A stretch of 64,000 nucleotides of DNA from Candidatus Latescibacterota bacterium (GTDB taxonomy: Bacteria > Latescibacterota > UBA2968), in NCBI GenBank assembly GCA_965208125.1, contig OZ242320.1, forward strand, positions 5,568,001-5,632,000, read 5' to 3'. Positions 48,348 through 58,279 of this stretch are shown piece by piece (the first letter of the stretch is position 1; each line of letters starts with the position of its first letter). A program made the position numbers and the translations under genes. Under the pieces are notes generated by a model. It was not told the origin of the DNA and searched no databases. It saw only the letters and a program-made list of their open reading frames with translations.

Positions 48348-49784
48348 TCAACGCTCTCGCCCCGACACAAACAAATCGTAAGAATTTGACTGCCAGCCGC
48401 CATCGTTTACAATCCCATCGTTGGTATCTCTCAGCCATTTGACCATGCGATCCTTCATGCGCCTGAGCACATGTTTGTACCCCAGCTTCGACGCTAAATT
48501 GTGCAACTCCCCTGGATCACTCTCCAGATCGTAGAGTTCATCCTCGCTACACGGATTGTAGATATACTTCCACTTTGGGGTCTGCACCATCCGAATCGTA
48601 CACAGCGCAGGCTCGTACCCGTGATGCTCTGCAAAAATATCCTCCCGCCAATCCGGCGGCGTTTCCCCGCGCAATATGGGCAGCAGAGAACACCCATCGA
48701 CCTTATCGGGAATATCCACACCCGCCAGTTCGAGAAACGTCGGCATAATATCGATCAAACTCACAAAATCATCGCAAACGCTATTGGGTTCAACAACACC
48801 CGGCCAACGGATCGCCAATGGAATCTGGTGCGTCTCATTGTACATATTCATCATCTTATTAAACAAGCGGTGACTGCCCAGCATATCGCCGTGATCCGAA
48901 CTGTACAAAATCACCGTATTGTCCAGTTGACCCGCTTCCTCTAAAGCATATAGAACGCGCTGTACCTGATCATCGATAAACGTGCAATATCCCCAATAGG
49001 TCGCAATCACCTTCTGCCAATCGGGCCAGGTCAAATGGCTGGCATTCCACCTGAGCATCTCCTTTTGCTGAACACTCGGTTTATCGACAAACTGCTCGTC
49101 GAAATTGATCCAGCGCTCTACATTATCGGGATCGTACATCGTATCATAAGGTTCCGGCACACAATAGGGAAAATGCGGACCAAAAAAACTACTACAAATC
49201 ACAAAGGGTTTATCGCCCTCACAAAATCCTTCAATCAGATCAATCGTCCTATCGGCAGTCCAGTGCTCCTGCATATACTCGGCGGGCAACTGCGACCGAC
49301 CGCAAAAAGGCGCGTCACCCCCCCATTCCATGCGCTGCACCTCCTGAGCATATCCCCAATCAAACCCCGCATCGCGCACACTCTGGTTCCACTCACGCGC
49401 CGTATGCCACGGATCAAACCCCCAAAACTCGCTATCGCCCTCCCTGGGCAAATGCCACTTCCCCACATAACCGACATTATACCCCGCGTCAGATAAAATC
49501 TGAGGATAGGCGGGCTTATCCAGAATATTCAAATCAAAAGCCCGATTAAAATTGCCCATATTTGACATCTGCCCGTGATTATGCGGAAACATCCCCGTAA
49601 GCAACGACCCGCGCGCGGGAGAGCAAAGAGCAATGGGCGTATAAGCCCGGCAAAAACGCATACCCTCTCGGGCAATGCGATCAATCGCTGGCGTCTTACA
49701 CACCGCATTGCCATTAAACCCCAGCGCATCGTAGCGTTGCATATCGGTAAGCAAAAAAAGGATACTGGGTCTCTCCGTATTCAT
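48348..49784 (-). CDS. Sulfatase (Cys-type)
   Basis: TDMQR, CSPARGSLLTG, GKWH, GPHFP, SDHGDMLG, ELYDL..DPGE; AGGAGG RBS before ATG 49784. Confidence 0.92.
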   Translation of the reverse strand: MNTERPSILFLLTDMQRYDALGFNGNAVCKTPAIDRIAREGMRFCRAYTPIALCSPARGSLLTGMFPHNHGQMSNMGNFNRAFDLNILDKPAYPQILSDAGYNVGYVGKWHLPREGDSEFWGFDPWHTAREWNQSVRDAGFDWGYAQEVQRMEWGGDAPFCGRSQLPAEYMQEHWTADRTIDLIEGFCEGDKPFVICSSFFGPHFPYCVPEPYDTMYDPDNVERWINFDEQFVDKPSVQQKEMLRWNASHLTWPDWQKVIATYWGYCTFIDDQVQRVLYALEEAGQLDNTVILYSSDHGDMLGSHRLFNKMMNMYNETHQIPLAIRWPGVVEPNSVCDDFVSLIDIMPTFLELAGVDIPDKVDGCSLLPILRGETPPDWREDIFAEHHGYEPALCTIRMVQTPKWKYIYNPCSEDELYDLESDPGELHNLASKLGYKHVLRRMKDRMVKWLRDTNDGIVNDGGWQSNSYDLFVSGRER

Positions 49785-49785
49785 A

Positions 49786-51039
49786 TCAACCTCCTGGATT
49801 TTTATTTTTCCGAAAACAAATCCAAAACAGCAACGCCCCCATCCCCGTGAACACTGCCCCGGTGAGAAAAAGACTCGAATATCCCGCAATCGGAATCATA
49901 TACCCACCGCCCAGAGCCATTGCCGAATAGCCCATCCCCGACATCATAGCAGTCGCGCCCGACATCGCTGTACGCCAGCGCACGGGCACCAATTCCTGGT
50001 GAAAAATGGCAAAAGCTGAGCGCCGTATCGAAGCCATCGCCATAATCCCCATCAGGCACAAACCCGCAACAATCCAATTTGAGACCAGCGCCATAAAAAA
50101 AAGAAAAATAGCCGTCACAACCGTTACCAGAATTACCGTCCGACTAATGCCTAAACGCGCAGAAAAAAAAGGAAGGGACAGCGCAGCCGGAACAGCGAGC
50201 AACTGTCCCGCTGCCAGTTGCACACTAATAAGAGAAAGACTGATATTGAGCCCTTCATCCATATAAACATTAAAAAATGTTCGCGCAGCCGCCTCGCCTG
50301 CAACGTGGAGAACGGAAATCAGCGCAGTAATCACAATAGCCGCAAGTGGAAGCGCAGGCGCATTGGAAACATCGCCATTATTCCTCACTTCCCGCTTGCG
50401 TTCAACCTGAACATCCTGCGTGGCGAGCAGCGCAAAAACCGCCGGAATCAGACAGAGCACCCCGATAAACAGCGTATAGCGATAAACAATGGGCTGGGCG
50501 AGTGACACATCGAGCACACCTGCCAAATAATCCGGAACAACGCCCCCTAACATACTCCCGACAAAACCCGAAAAAGGCATCAGCGCAGCTTGCACGGCAA
50601 AAACCGGGTCGCGTTCAACCGGACCGGTAATATCCATCAAATAAGGTGTGCCATTTACAATAAACAGCGCAATACCCATCACACCGAGCGAATAAGATAT
50701 CAAAATAAAATAATCGCGCGGGCTGCCGGCAGAAATCAACTCCGCCTGAGAAAGCAATCCAAAACCCGCCACAGACACGCAAATCCCAACAACCATCGTA
50801 AACCGACTGCCCCAGCGTCCCCCCAGCATCCCACTGGGCAAACTGGACAGGGCAAAACAAAGTGCTCCCGTGGCATTGGCCAACCCTACAAATTGAGTAT
50901 TATACCCCAGGCGCAACAAATAGAGATTGTACAAAAGGGGATAAATACCACCAAAAAGGACAAAACCAAACAGCGCATTAGCCATTAAATAAAGGCGCAC
51001 ATCGCGGGAAAAATGCACATTTGAAAAGAGAATAGGCAT
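49786..51039 (-). CDS. MFS transporter
   Basis: About 12 TMs; GMLGGRWGSR motif A. Confidence 0.88.
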   Translation of the reverse strand: MPILFSNVHFSRDVRLYLMANALFGFVLFGGIYPLLYNLYLLRLGYNTQFVGLANATGALCFALSSLPSGMLGGRWGSRFTMVVGICVSVAGFGLLSQAELISAGSPRDYFILISYSLGVMGIALFIVNGTPYLMDITGPVERDPVFAVQAALMPFSGFVGSMLGGVVPDYLAGVLDVSLAQPIVYRYTLFIGVLCLIPAVFALLATQDVQVERKREVRNNGDVSNAPALPLAAIVITALISVLHVAGEAAARTFFNVYMDEGLNISLSLISVQLAAGQLLAVPAALSLPFFSARLGISRTVILVTVVTAIFLFFMALVSNWIVAGLCLMGIMAMASIRRSAFAIFHQELVPVRWRTAMSGATAMMSGMGYSAMALGGGYMIPIAGYSSLFLTGAVFTGMGALLFWICFRKNKNPGG

Positions 51040-51050
51040 TGGTCAATTTC

Positions 51051-52265
51051 TTAATTCTTAATTCCTAATTGCTTTTTCCATGCCGCGGGCAGATTGCCTT
51101 GCAGGAGTTCGCTTTTCATGCGGATATGTGCAGTATCTCGATCTGCTGCATGTGCGGCCCAAAAAGTGCTATCTCGCGTGGTTGCCTCTGGCAGAATCAC
51201 AATTTCTGGCGCCTCAAAAATTGCGGGTGGCAAATCCGCATTGAGATCATAGCGATAGCAACGCGTTGTCGCTTGCGCGGTATAATCGCGTGTCTTAATC
51301 GTACAAATTTGACGCTCGGGCAACCAGTAATCGTTGAGATACCGCGTATTTTGCTGATAAACCTGCCAGTGATCTATGCCGCGCAATTGCAAGAGAGCGG
51401 GAAAATTGAGACGCAGATCATAGCCCACAAGTGAAAAATCGTCGCGGGCGATCCATATATCGCCGAGCAGCCCCGGCTCATTCCCGTGCCGCGGCGACAC
51501 ACCAATGCGCGAAACGTGGAGATCGCCCACCTGCACCGTAGAAATGCGTTCATAGTGGTAGTGTTCAAGAGCGTCGGACGACAGGGGATGCGGCGCGATT
51601 TCAAAGGATTTATCATCTACAATACCCCGCGCAGGGCTTTGCGTAAGCCCTGGGGAAACACTCAACCGCCACTTGCCCCAATTGCGTATGCCCGTAATAT
51701 GCTGCGCGAGGCTATCGGAGGATTGATAGTAGCCTTTGATCGTGTACTCAATACCCGCAACAATTTCTTCTGTTCTGCGGTGGATCACCTTCTGACTGCT
51801 GTACGCATCAAATGCGTACGCAGCCATATTTGCGTAACCAGTGTGGAGATATTCGAAGCGAGTGCTCGCAATCAGGCGACGGATCAGATCGGGTGCTGAA
51901 AGATCCTGTACTGTGGTTTCTTCCCGCAGGAGTATAGGGATGGGTAAAAGTGAAAATTCCAGCGTGGAGATCAAACCGCGCGAAAGCACGAGGGTTGTGT
52001 CCGACGGGGCATAACCGTGGTGGCGTACCTGAATGCGGATAACTCCCGGCGCGAGTCCTTCTATCTCAATGCGCCCATGCAAGTCAGTAAGGTGAACGCG
52101 GGGAAATTCGCTCGCTCGGCGGATAACAACGGTGGCATAAGGCAGGCTCGCACCGGTATCGACATCGCGACACTGCACGTCGAGAACAGATGTTGAATCA
52201 GTCTGGGCAAGTGAAATTGAAGGCCAGAGAAAAACAGAAAAAAAAAGAGGCAAAAAGCGGATCAT
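51051..52265 (-). CDS. Secreted protein with carboxypeptidase-regulatory-like domain and DUF5686-like region
   Basis: Signal peptide; DVDTGASLPYATV..TDLHG..HGY; HPLS..AL.HYHY; G.IWI..DF; RDSTFW. Confidence 0.65.
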   Translation of the reverse strand: MIRFLPLFFSVFLWPSISLAQTDSTSVLDVQCRDVDTGASLPYATVVIRRASEFPRVHLTDLHGRIEIEGLAPGVIRIQVRHHGYAPSDTTLVLSRGLISTLEFSLLPIPILLREETTVQDLSAPDLIRRLIASTRFEYLHTGYANMAAYAFDAYSSQKVIHRRTEEIVAGIEYTIKGYYQSSDSLAQHITGIRNWGKWRLSVSPGLTQSPARGIVDDKSFEIAPHPLSSDALEHYHYERISTVQVGDLHVSRIGVSPRHGNEPGLLGDIWIARDDFSLVGYDLRLNFPALLQLRGIDHWQVYQQNTRYLNDYWLPERQICTIKTRDYTAQATTRCYRYDLNADLPPAIFEAPEIVILPEATTRDSTFWAAHAADRDTAHIRMKSELLQGNLPAAWKKQLGIKN

Positions 52266-53353
52266 TGTTTTTTGCCGCGCGAGAGAATATCCCACACGAC
52301 TTCGACTCGATCATTGCGCGTACCGTAGATCTGATCGTGTAAAAATACGGTCATGTCGGAATAACCGGAAATAAATTGAATTTTATCGCCAATCTTTAGC
52401 TCACTATTCGTCAGGCTGAGCAACGCGTGTTCAGCCGCCAGGCCCGTTACGACAACATCTGTTCGGTCTTTGACCTCGGGCAATGAAGGATGGCTACTCG
52501 TTGTCTTGCGTCCGGCATCGGCGACTGCGCGATCGGGAGCCGCGCGACTGATAACCGTAGTCAACACGGAAAGTGCGTGTTCCAAACCGCGAACATGGAG
52601 TCCATCGCGATAATAAGTATCCATAAAAATGCCCCCGCCAGCCTGTATCTCAGTAATACCGGGAAAATCGGGGGTAAACGCGAGCGTGCCCGTGCCACCC
52701 GCGCTGACAATACCCACGCGCAACCCCGCATTCTCAATGAGATTGCGCGTCTTTGACAATTCTCCCACAGCCTTCCTGCATGCGGCTTCTTTGGCGGCAT
52801 CATCCAGAGCCATTGCATGGCCTTCGTAACCCATAATCCCCGCAAAAACCACACCGGGCGCGGCATCAGCCTGCTGTGCCAGCGCGAGAGTTGGACCACC
52901 CGGCGGCACCCCACAGCGTTTCATACCGACATCTACTTCAATAAGCACGCGCACATCAACGCCAATATCTGTGGCCGCGTCACTTATCGCGTGGATATGA
53001 ACGGGATCGTCAACCGCCACCATAACATCTGCGCGGCGGCACAGATTGACCAGACGCGCGACTTTTTCTCGCCCAACAACTTGATTGGCGACGAGTATGT
53101 CCGAAATCCCGGCGTCTGCCAGCACTTCGGCTTCGCCGAGTTTGGCACAGGTAATGCCAATAGCACCTGCGCGCAGTTGTTTGTGGGCAATAGCGGGCGT
53201 CTTGTGGCCCTTGGCATGAGGACGCCAGTGCAACCCGCTGTCTCGACATCGAGCCGCCATCTTCTGGATATTATTTTCCATCTTATCCAGATCAATGAGC
53301 AACGCGGGTGTGTCGAGCATCTGTATAGATTGACCAATCGGAGAATAGGGCAT
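52262..53353 (-). CDS. DSD1/D-threonine aldolase-like PLP-dependent enzyme (alanine racemase fold)
   Basis: LDTPALLID, WRPHAKGHK, GMKRCG, GYEGH, GGTGT, EIQAG, DAGRK, AEH. Confidence 0.88.
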   Translation of the reverse strand: MPYSPIGQSIQMLDTPALLIDLDKMENNIQKMAARCRDSGLHWRPHAKGHKTPAIAHKQLRAGAIGITCAKLGEAEVLADAGISDILVANQVVGREKVARLVNLCRRADVMVAVDDPVHIHAISDAATDIGVDVRVLIEVDVGMKRCGVPPGGPTLALAQQADAAPGVVFAGIMGYEGHAMALDDAAKEAACRKAVGELSKTRNLIENAGLRVGIVSAGGTGTLAFTPDFPGITEIQAGGGIFMDTYYRDGLHVRGLEHALSVLTTVISRAAPDRAVADAGRKTTSSHPSLPEVKDRTDVVVTGLAAEHALLSLTNSELKIGDKIQFISGYSDMTVFLHDQIYGTRNDRVEVVWDILSRGKKQ

Positions 53354-53379
53354 AATAAACCTTTTAACTTTCTAACCTA

Positions 53380-54393
53380 TCACCTGAGATGAACATTGCT
53401 ACCGCCCCACTCAGAAAGCGGAGGCAAGATGCCATCGTCAATAGTCTGGTCCCGCAACGCAGTCAGATGGGCGTAGGATTCGCGCAGGGCATTGATATCG
53501 TCTTCGGTACCTTCGGGCATGGACCAACTCACGCCCGACGCAGACAGGGCCACAGGCATAGCCATCATAATATTGTCAAATTCCCCATCATTGAGATATG
53601 CACCGCAGGGCCAATCATAGGACTCGCCCACCAGAACGCCGCGCAGCATAAAAACACTCTGCTGTGCCGGCGATTGAAACGAAGAACGCCCGCGCAGATC
53701 GATAATGCGAGCACCACCCCCGCGCACATGTTCTTGGACACCTGCCCATTCATCGGCACTCATGCCAACGCCATTGACGGTCACTCCATTGAGAATATCG
53801 GTGAGAGGCGTGCCGTCAATCTGAATACCGCCGATAAACACGGCCATCTGTTCGCCGTGTCCCCCGTACGTGCGGCAACCCGTGACTTTGCTTTGCAAAA
53901 TACCGAAATGTTGTGCCAGTCGGGTTTGCAAGCGCGTGCTATCAAGTGCAGCAAGAGTCGTCACGCGACCGGGTTCGAGTCCCGAATGTACCAATGTAGT
54001 CAGCCCCGTGATGTCGGCGGGATTAAAAATAATGATGACAAACTTACAATTTGGACAATACTGTTTGATATCCAGGCCGAGTTGTTTGGCAATTTCTGCA
54101 TTGTCGCGCCGCAAGTCTTCACGCGTCATGCCTTCTTTGCGCGGCGCGCCCCCGGAACTGATAACATAAGAAGCACCTTCAAGCGCTTCGGCAACATCGG
54201 TAGTCCACGTCACATCGGCATTGGGGAAACCACAGTGATAAACCTCCTCGGCCGCACCTTCAAGCCCCGGCGCAAAAGGATCGTACATAGATACGCGAGA
54301 CGCCGTGCCCGAAGACAGGAGCGTTTGCGCAAGGTTAGAACCAATGGCACCTGCTGCGCCCATTACAGCAACTTTTTCATCTGTCAGATACAT
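53380..54393 (-). CDS. mdh: Malate dehydrogenase (Bacteroides-like type)
   Basis: GAAGAIG, GAPRKEGMTREDL, FNPADITG, LDSTRL, GGHGE, RGRSSFQSPA. Confidence 0.88.
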   Translation of the reverse strand: MYLTDEKVAVMGAAGAIGSNLAQTLLSSGTASRVSMYDPFAPGLEGAAEEVYHCGFPNADVTWTTDVAEALEGASYVISSGGAPRKEGMTREDLRRDNAEIAKQLGLDIKQYCPNCKFVIIIFNPADITGLTTLVHSGLEPGRVTTLAALDSTRLQTRLAQHFGILQSKVTGCRTYGGHGEQMAVFIGGIQIDGTPLTDILNGVTVNGVGMSADEWAGVQEHVRGGGARIIDLRGRSSFQSPAQQSVFMLRGVLVGESYDWPCGAYLNDGEFDNIMMAMPVALSASGVSWSMPEGTEDDINALRESYAHLTALRDQTIDDGILPPLSEWGGSNVHLR

Positions 54394-54423
54394 CGATACT
54401 CCTCTTTCTGGGAAATGATTGAG

Positions 54424-54451
54424 AAAACCCCGCACTTTGGTACGGGGTTTT
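54424..54451 (-). terminator. Intrinsic terminator after the TPR gene
   Basis: AAAACCCCG...CGGGGTTTT. Confidence 0.65.
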
Positions 54452-54506
54452 GAGGATTGATTTATTTATCTAAATACCCACTGTGGTTAGAACGAAACGC
54501 AATGGA

Positions 54507-55688
54507 TCAGTTCTGGCTCTGAAGTGCCTCGTACATCTGAAATGCCTCAGTTGCTTTTTTCACACATTCTGCGGCAACTTCGCCTTCCGAGACTTCGGAC
54601 TTGCGCGCATAAACGCGAGACAACGCAGCCCATGCTCTGGCATTACTCGCTTGCAATTCGGTCACTTTTGTAAAAGCCTCAATAGCCCTGTCAAAAGCAT
54701 CTATTTTGTCTGCGAGCAGACCGAGCTGGTACCACGAGTCGATGTCAGTCGGATTTGCTTCAACGCTTTTTGCAAACAGATCAAGTGCTTTATCGCCTTT
54801 GTCGAGTTGCTTATACGCAATAGCGAGATTGAACAGCGCGTCCATATTATCGGGTTGTATCTCAACCACTTTTTCGAGAATTTCGGCAGATTTTTCGTAG
54901 TTCTCTGCCTGCAAATAAATGGTTGCGGCAATATTCAAAATTTTTGGATCATCGCCAGCAACAGCCAGTGCCTTTTCCGCTGATTCCGCCGCGCCTTCCT
55001 TGTCGTCCAGTCGATATTGGGCAATCGCCATTTGTTGCAAAATATTGATCTCTTCGGGATCAATCGCGTGGCCTTTTTTGAACATTTCAAGTGCTTCTTC
55101 AAATCGTTCGACATTCATAAGCGCGCCACCCAGATTGAAAAAGGACTGCGCTTTTTTGGGATTGAGCTCAATTGCTTTTTGATACATCTCAATACCCGCT
55201 TCTGAATTGCCCGTATTGAGATGCGTAATAGCCAGCCCTTCATAAGCATCGGCTTCATTGGGGTTAATCGTAATGGCGAGATCGAATTGCTCCAGGGCAA
55301 AATCGAACCTCTGGGCATTCATCCCCTTGACGGCCATATTGTAATACCGCGTCCAGAGTTCTTTCCGGTCGCTATTGACTTTATTTTTCCACTTTCTATC
55401 CGTTGCCAGATTATAGTGCTCATTCATCTCTTCAAAAAGCTCTTTCTGGCCGTATAGCCACCCCAAATAATACTGCACCTCGGAATCGTCGGGGCGCCCT
55501 TCCACCGCGATCAAATACTGTTCCAATGCCTTATCGTATTGGCGCTGATTGATATACAATTTGCCCGACCGTTTGGCTACAGAAGCCTGCCCTTTGGTCA
55601 CTTTTGCCTCTGCGGTCTGTACGAACAATGGCGTCGCAGCAAAGGCCAGTGCAAGAGCAACAATAAATCCGCGCTTATAAAATGCCAT
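54507..55688 (-). CDS. Secreted TPR-repeat protein
   Basis: Signal peptide (AEA) and multiple tandem TPRs. Confidence 0.88.
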   Translation of the reverse strand: MAFYKRGFIVALALAFAATPLFVQTAEAKVTKGQASVAKRSGKLYINQRQYDKALEQYLIAVEGRPDDSEVQYYLGWLYGQKELFEEMNEHYNLATDRKWKNKVNSDRKELWTRYYNMAVKGMNAQRFDFALEQFDLAITINPNEADAYEGLAITHLNTGNSEAGIEMYQKAIELNPKKAQSFFNLGGALMNVERFEEALEMFKKGHAIDPEEINILQQMAIAQYRLDDKEGAAESAEKALAVAGDDPKILNIAATIYLQAENYEKSAEILEKVVEIQPDNMDALFNLAIAYKQLDKGDKALDLFAKSVEANPTDIDSWYQLGLLADKIDAFDRAIEAFTKVTELQASNARAWAALSRVYARKSEVSEGEVAAECVKKATEAFQMYEALQSQN

Positions 55689-55744
55689 GGGAATCTTCCT
55701 TTCTCAATGCAACCGGCGCGTTCCGGCAGCAGGTTAAATGACAA

Positions 55745-55784
55745 TGCACACCGCCAATATATGCAGTGTGCAAAATCCTGTCAA
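55745..55784 (-). promoter_or_regulatory. Sigma70 promoter with an overlapping inverted repeat
   Basis: TTGACA-N17-TATATT; TGCACAC-N14-GTGTGCA brackets the -10. Confidence 0.6.
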
Positions 55785-55814
55785 GTCTCTGCGAACTGCA
55801 CGCCGCTATTGCCC

Positions 55815-56000
55815 TTATTGCTCCGAAAGAAGTGTGCCGCCTCTCGCCCAGTGATCGCGCGGGACATCTTCAATAACGACCATCGTGCCATCGGCTTTGG
55901 CATCGCAAATATTGACCATCGCATCGGTAATAGCTCTGGCGAGTTCGCGTTTTTGCTCGTGCGTACGGCCTTCGAGCATTTTGACGTTGATGAAAGGCAT
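55815..56000 (-). CDS. 4-oxalocrotonate tautomerase family protein
   Basis: 61 aa, Pro after the initiator Met, GRT.EQK, WARGG. Confidence 0.93.
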   Translation of the reverse strand: MPFINVKMLEGRTHEQKRELARAITDAMVNICDAKADGTMVVIEDVPRDHWARGGTLLSEQ

Positions 56001-56011
56001 GGTATCTCCTT

Positions 56012-57343
56012 TTAAAAAATAACGAGTTCTGGACTTTGCAACCTGGGAATCGCGGATTTGGATGCGCCAAAGGAAAAAGCAACCGGCAAGCTAACGCCAC
56101 GGATGGTACCCAGAGTTCTATTATTCTCGAGATCGACAATAAAAACCTGCAAATTGCCCGTTGTAGCAAATTCATCGAATCTTTCGACACCGGCGACATA
56201 CACGGTTTTACCGTCGGGCATGAGGCCAATATTGGCCACAGTTTCACCGACAAAAATTTCGGCAGTTTGCCTCCAAGTTTGTGTATCGATGACCACAATA
56301 CTTCCCCAGAACGCAGGTACGGAATTGCCCAATGCATCAAAGCCCAAAAAGAGACGACTGAGAGATACGACAAGGCGCGTGCCATCGGCGGAAAGCGCGA
56401 TATCGCGAACTTCAATGCCCAGATCACTGGCCTGACCGAGTGTGAGGCTATCGGCAATCGCTTTGGCACCCGCATCGACTTTGAGCACGCGGCCCCCGCC
56501 GGTATTGTTGAGATAAAGGGTTTGCCCGTCGGGCGAGATAGCCAATCGACTAACGGTTTGGCCTACAGATATGCTATCAATCAAAGCGGGAATACCCGTA
56601 TCAATAACAGACACGGCGTTTGCAAAAAAGCCGTGCCCAACGTAGAGGCGCGTCCCGTCGGGCGAGATGGCAATACCACTGGGAGAGGGTGGAACACCAA
56701 TGACGTCCAGAGATTGCCCCGCAAGCACATCAAAAACCTCGACTGCTGCACCGGATTCTTCAGTCACGTATGCAAACTGGTGATTGGGTGAAAGCGCAAT
56801 GCGAAACCCGCCCCGACTCGTGAATGCTCCGCCGGGTGCGACCGGCATTTCGAGTGAGAGTTGAAATTCGGGAGTTCCATCTTCAGTAAATGCGTGAAAA
56901 GTATCGATAGCTGCCACATAAAGCCGCTTGTTGATATTGGAAAACGCGATACCCCGAGGAAGATCGACGGCAAGCATTCGGCTGGGGTCGAGCAAATTGG
57001 TCGCGGTATCCATAACCTGGATATTATCACCTATAAAATCGCTAATATAAAGAAACCGGGGCGCGGGTTCTGCGGGTGGCGTCGTCGGACTTGAAGACCC
57101 ACCAAAAGCATTGACAAAAAGCAGAAAATCCGAAAAGTCGATTGTGCCATTGCCGTCGAGGTCGAGTTTTTCATCGAAATCATCCTGACCTGCGGACTTG
57201 CCAAAACCCTGAACAAAAGTCAGAAAGTCAGTAAAATCAACTGTGCCATTGCCATCAAAATCAGCCGACTTTGTTTCCTGGGCATCGAGCAATGGGGCTG
57301 CTAAAAACAGTGTGAGGGATAACACAATCGCGGTATATTTCAT
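56012..57343 (-). CDS. Secreted protein with dockerin/EF-hand-like repeat and YncE-type beta-propeller
   Basis: Signal peptide; ADFDGNGTVDFTDFL..FG / DLDGNGTIDFSDFL..FG; P/T linker; SPDG..LY repeats. Confidence 0.8.
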   Translation of the reverse strand: MKYTAIVLSLTLFLAAPLLDAQETKSADFDGNGTVDFTDFLTFVQGFGKSAGQDDFDEKLDLDGNGTIDFSDFLLFVNAFGGSSSPTTPPAEPAPRFLYISDFIGDNIQVMDTATNLLDPSRMLAVDLPRGIAFSNINKRLYVAAIDTFHAFTEDGTPEFQLSLEMPVAPGGAFTSRGGFRIALSPNHQFAYVTEESGAAVEVFDVLAGQSLDVIGVPPSPSGIAISPDGTRLYVGHGFFANAVSVIDTGIPALIDSISVGQTVSRLAISPDGQTLYLNNTGGGRVLKVDAGAKAIADSLTLGQASDLGIEVRDIALSADGTRLVVSLSRLFLGFDALGNSVPAFWGSIVVIDTQTWRQTAEIFVGETVANIGLMPDGKTVYVAGVERFDEFATTGNLQVFIVDLENNRTLGTIRGVSLPVAFSFGASKSAIPRLQSPELVIF

Positions 57344-57469
57344 AACATTTCCTTTTTGAAGGGTACTTATGATACACTTGACTGTTGAGGCTGTCAATCT
57401 GATTTGATTACATTTTGGGACGCTTTCCATTTGCTTATGGTTCCAGGTTCCAAATAAATAGGAGCTATT

Positions 57470-58255
57470 GTGTTACCCGATTATCCGATGATTTTCTGGG
57501 TTTTAGCTGTCATTTCTGTAATTTTTGTCGGGATAGCCAAAGCCGGGTTTGGCGGGGGCGTCGGCATTTTGGCAACGCCACTCATGGCACTCGTCATTCC
57601 CGTGGCAGACTCGGCAGCGATTTTATTGCCACTCTTAATTATTTGCGACGTATTTTCCGTTGCACACTACCGCAAGCGTTTTCACCGACGCAGTGTAAAA
57701 TTACTCTTACCCGGTGCGGCAATCGGGATCGGTATAGGAGCATTATTCTTTGGGTACTTCAGCACAAATGAGCGCGTGTTGCAAATCGGTTTGGGAATTT
57801 TGAGTTTGTTTTTTGTCGTATTCCAGGCTTTGCGTGCATTAATTATGGGCGCACTTACAAAGCGGCATCCACACAGCGCAGAAGGCGTTCTCATGGGCGC
57901 TATATCGGGCTTTACATCAACCATCGCACATGCTGGTGGCCCTCCCACAACCATCTATTTGCTTCCCCAGCAATTGCCCCGCGACCTCTTTGTGGGAACG
58001 ACCGTAATTCTTTTTGCAGCGATCAACCAAATGAAACTAATTCCCTATTTGGGATTGGATATTTTGCGAGCCGAACATCTCGTCACAATCGCAATCCTAT
58101 CCCCATTGGGCTACGCAGGCGTGAGATTTGGCATTTTTTTTAATAAGCGTTTCACAGACCACTGGTTTAATATAGTCGTCTATTCAATTCTATTTGTCGC
58201 AGGCGTGCAGTTGATTCTCGGCCAAAATCTGATTCAATTGTTAGGGATTGTGTAA
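57470..58255 (+). CDS. Sulfite exporter TauE/SafE family protein
   Basis: GIAKAGFGGG, LPLL..D, GFTS..AHAGGPP, K..PY. Confidence 0.9.
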   Translation: MLPDYPMIFWVLAVISVIFVGIAKAGFGGGVGILATPLMALVIPVADSAAILLPLLIICDVFSVAHYRKRFHRRSVKLLLPGAAIGIGIGALFFGYFSTNERVLQIGLGILSLFFVVFQALRALIMGALTKRHPHSAEGVLMGAISGFTSTIAHAGGPPTTIYLLPQQLPRDLFVGTTVILFAAINQMKLIPYLGLDILRAEHLVTIAILSPLGYAGVRFGIFFNKRFTDHWFNIVVYSILFVAGVQLILGQNLIQLLGIV

Positions 58256-58279
58256 ACTGTGAAATTGCCCTATTTTTTA

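Noticed and set aside
53360-53385. Possible 7-mer repeat at the mdh stop
   Set aside because: Too degenerate to assign to the heptamer family.
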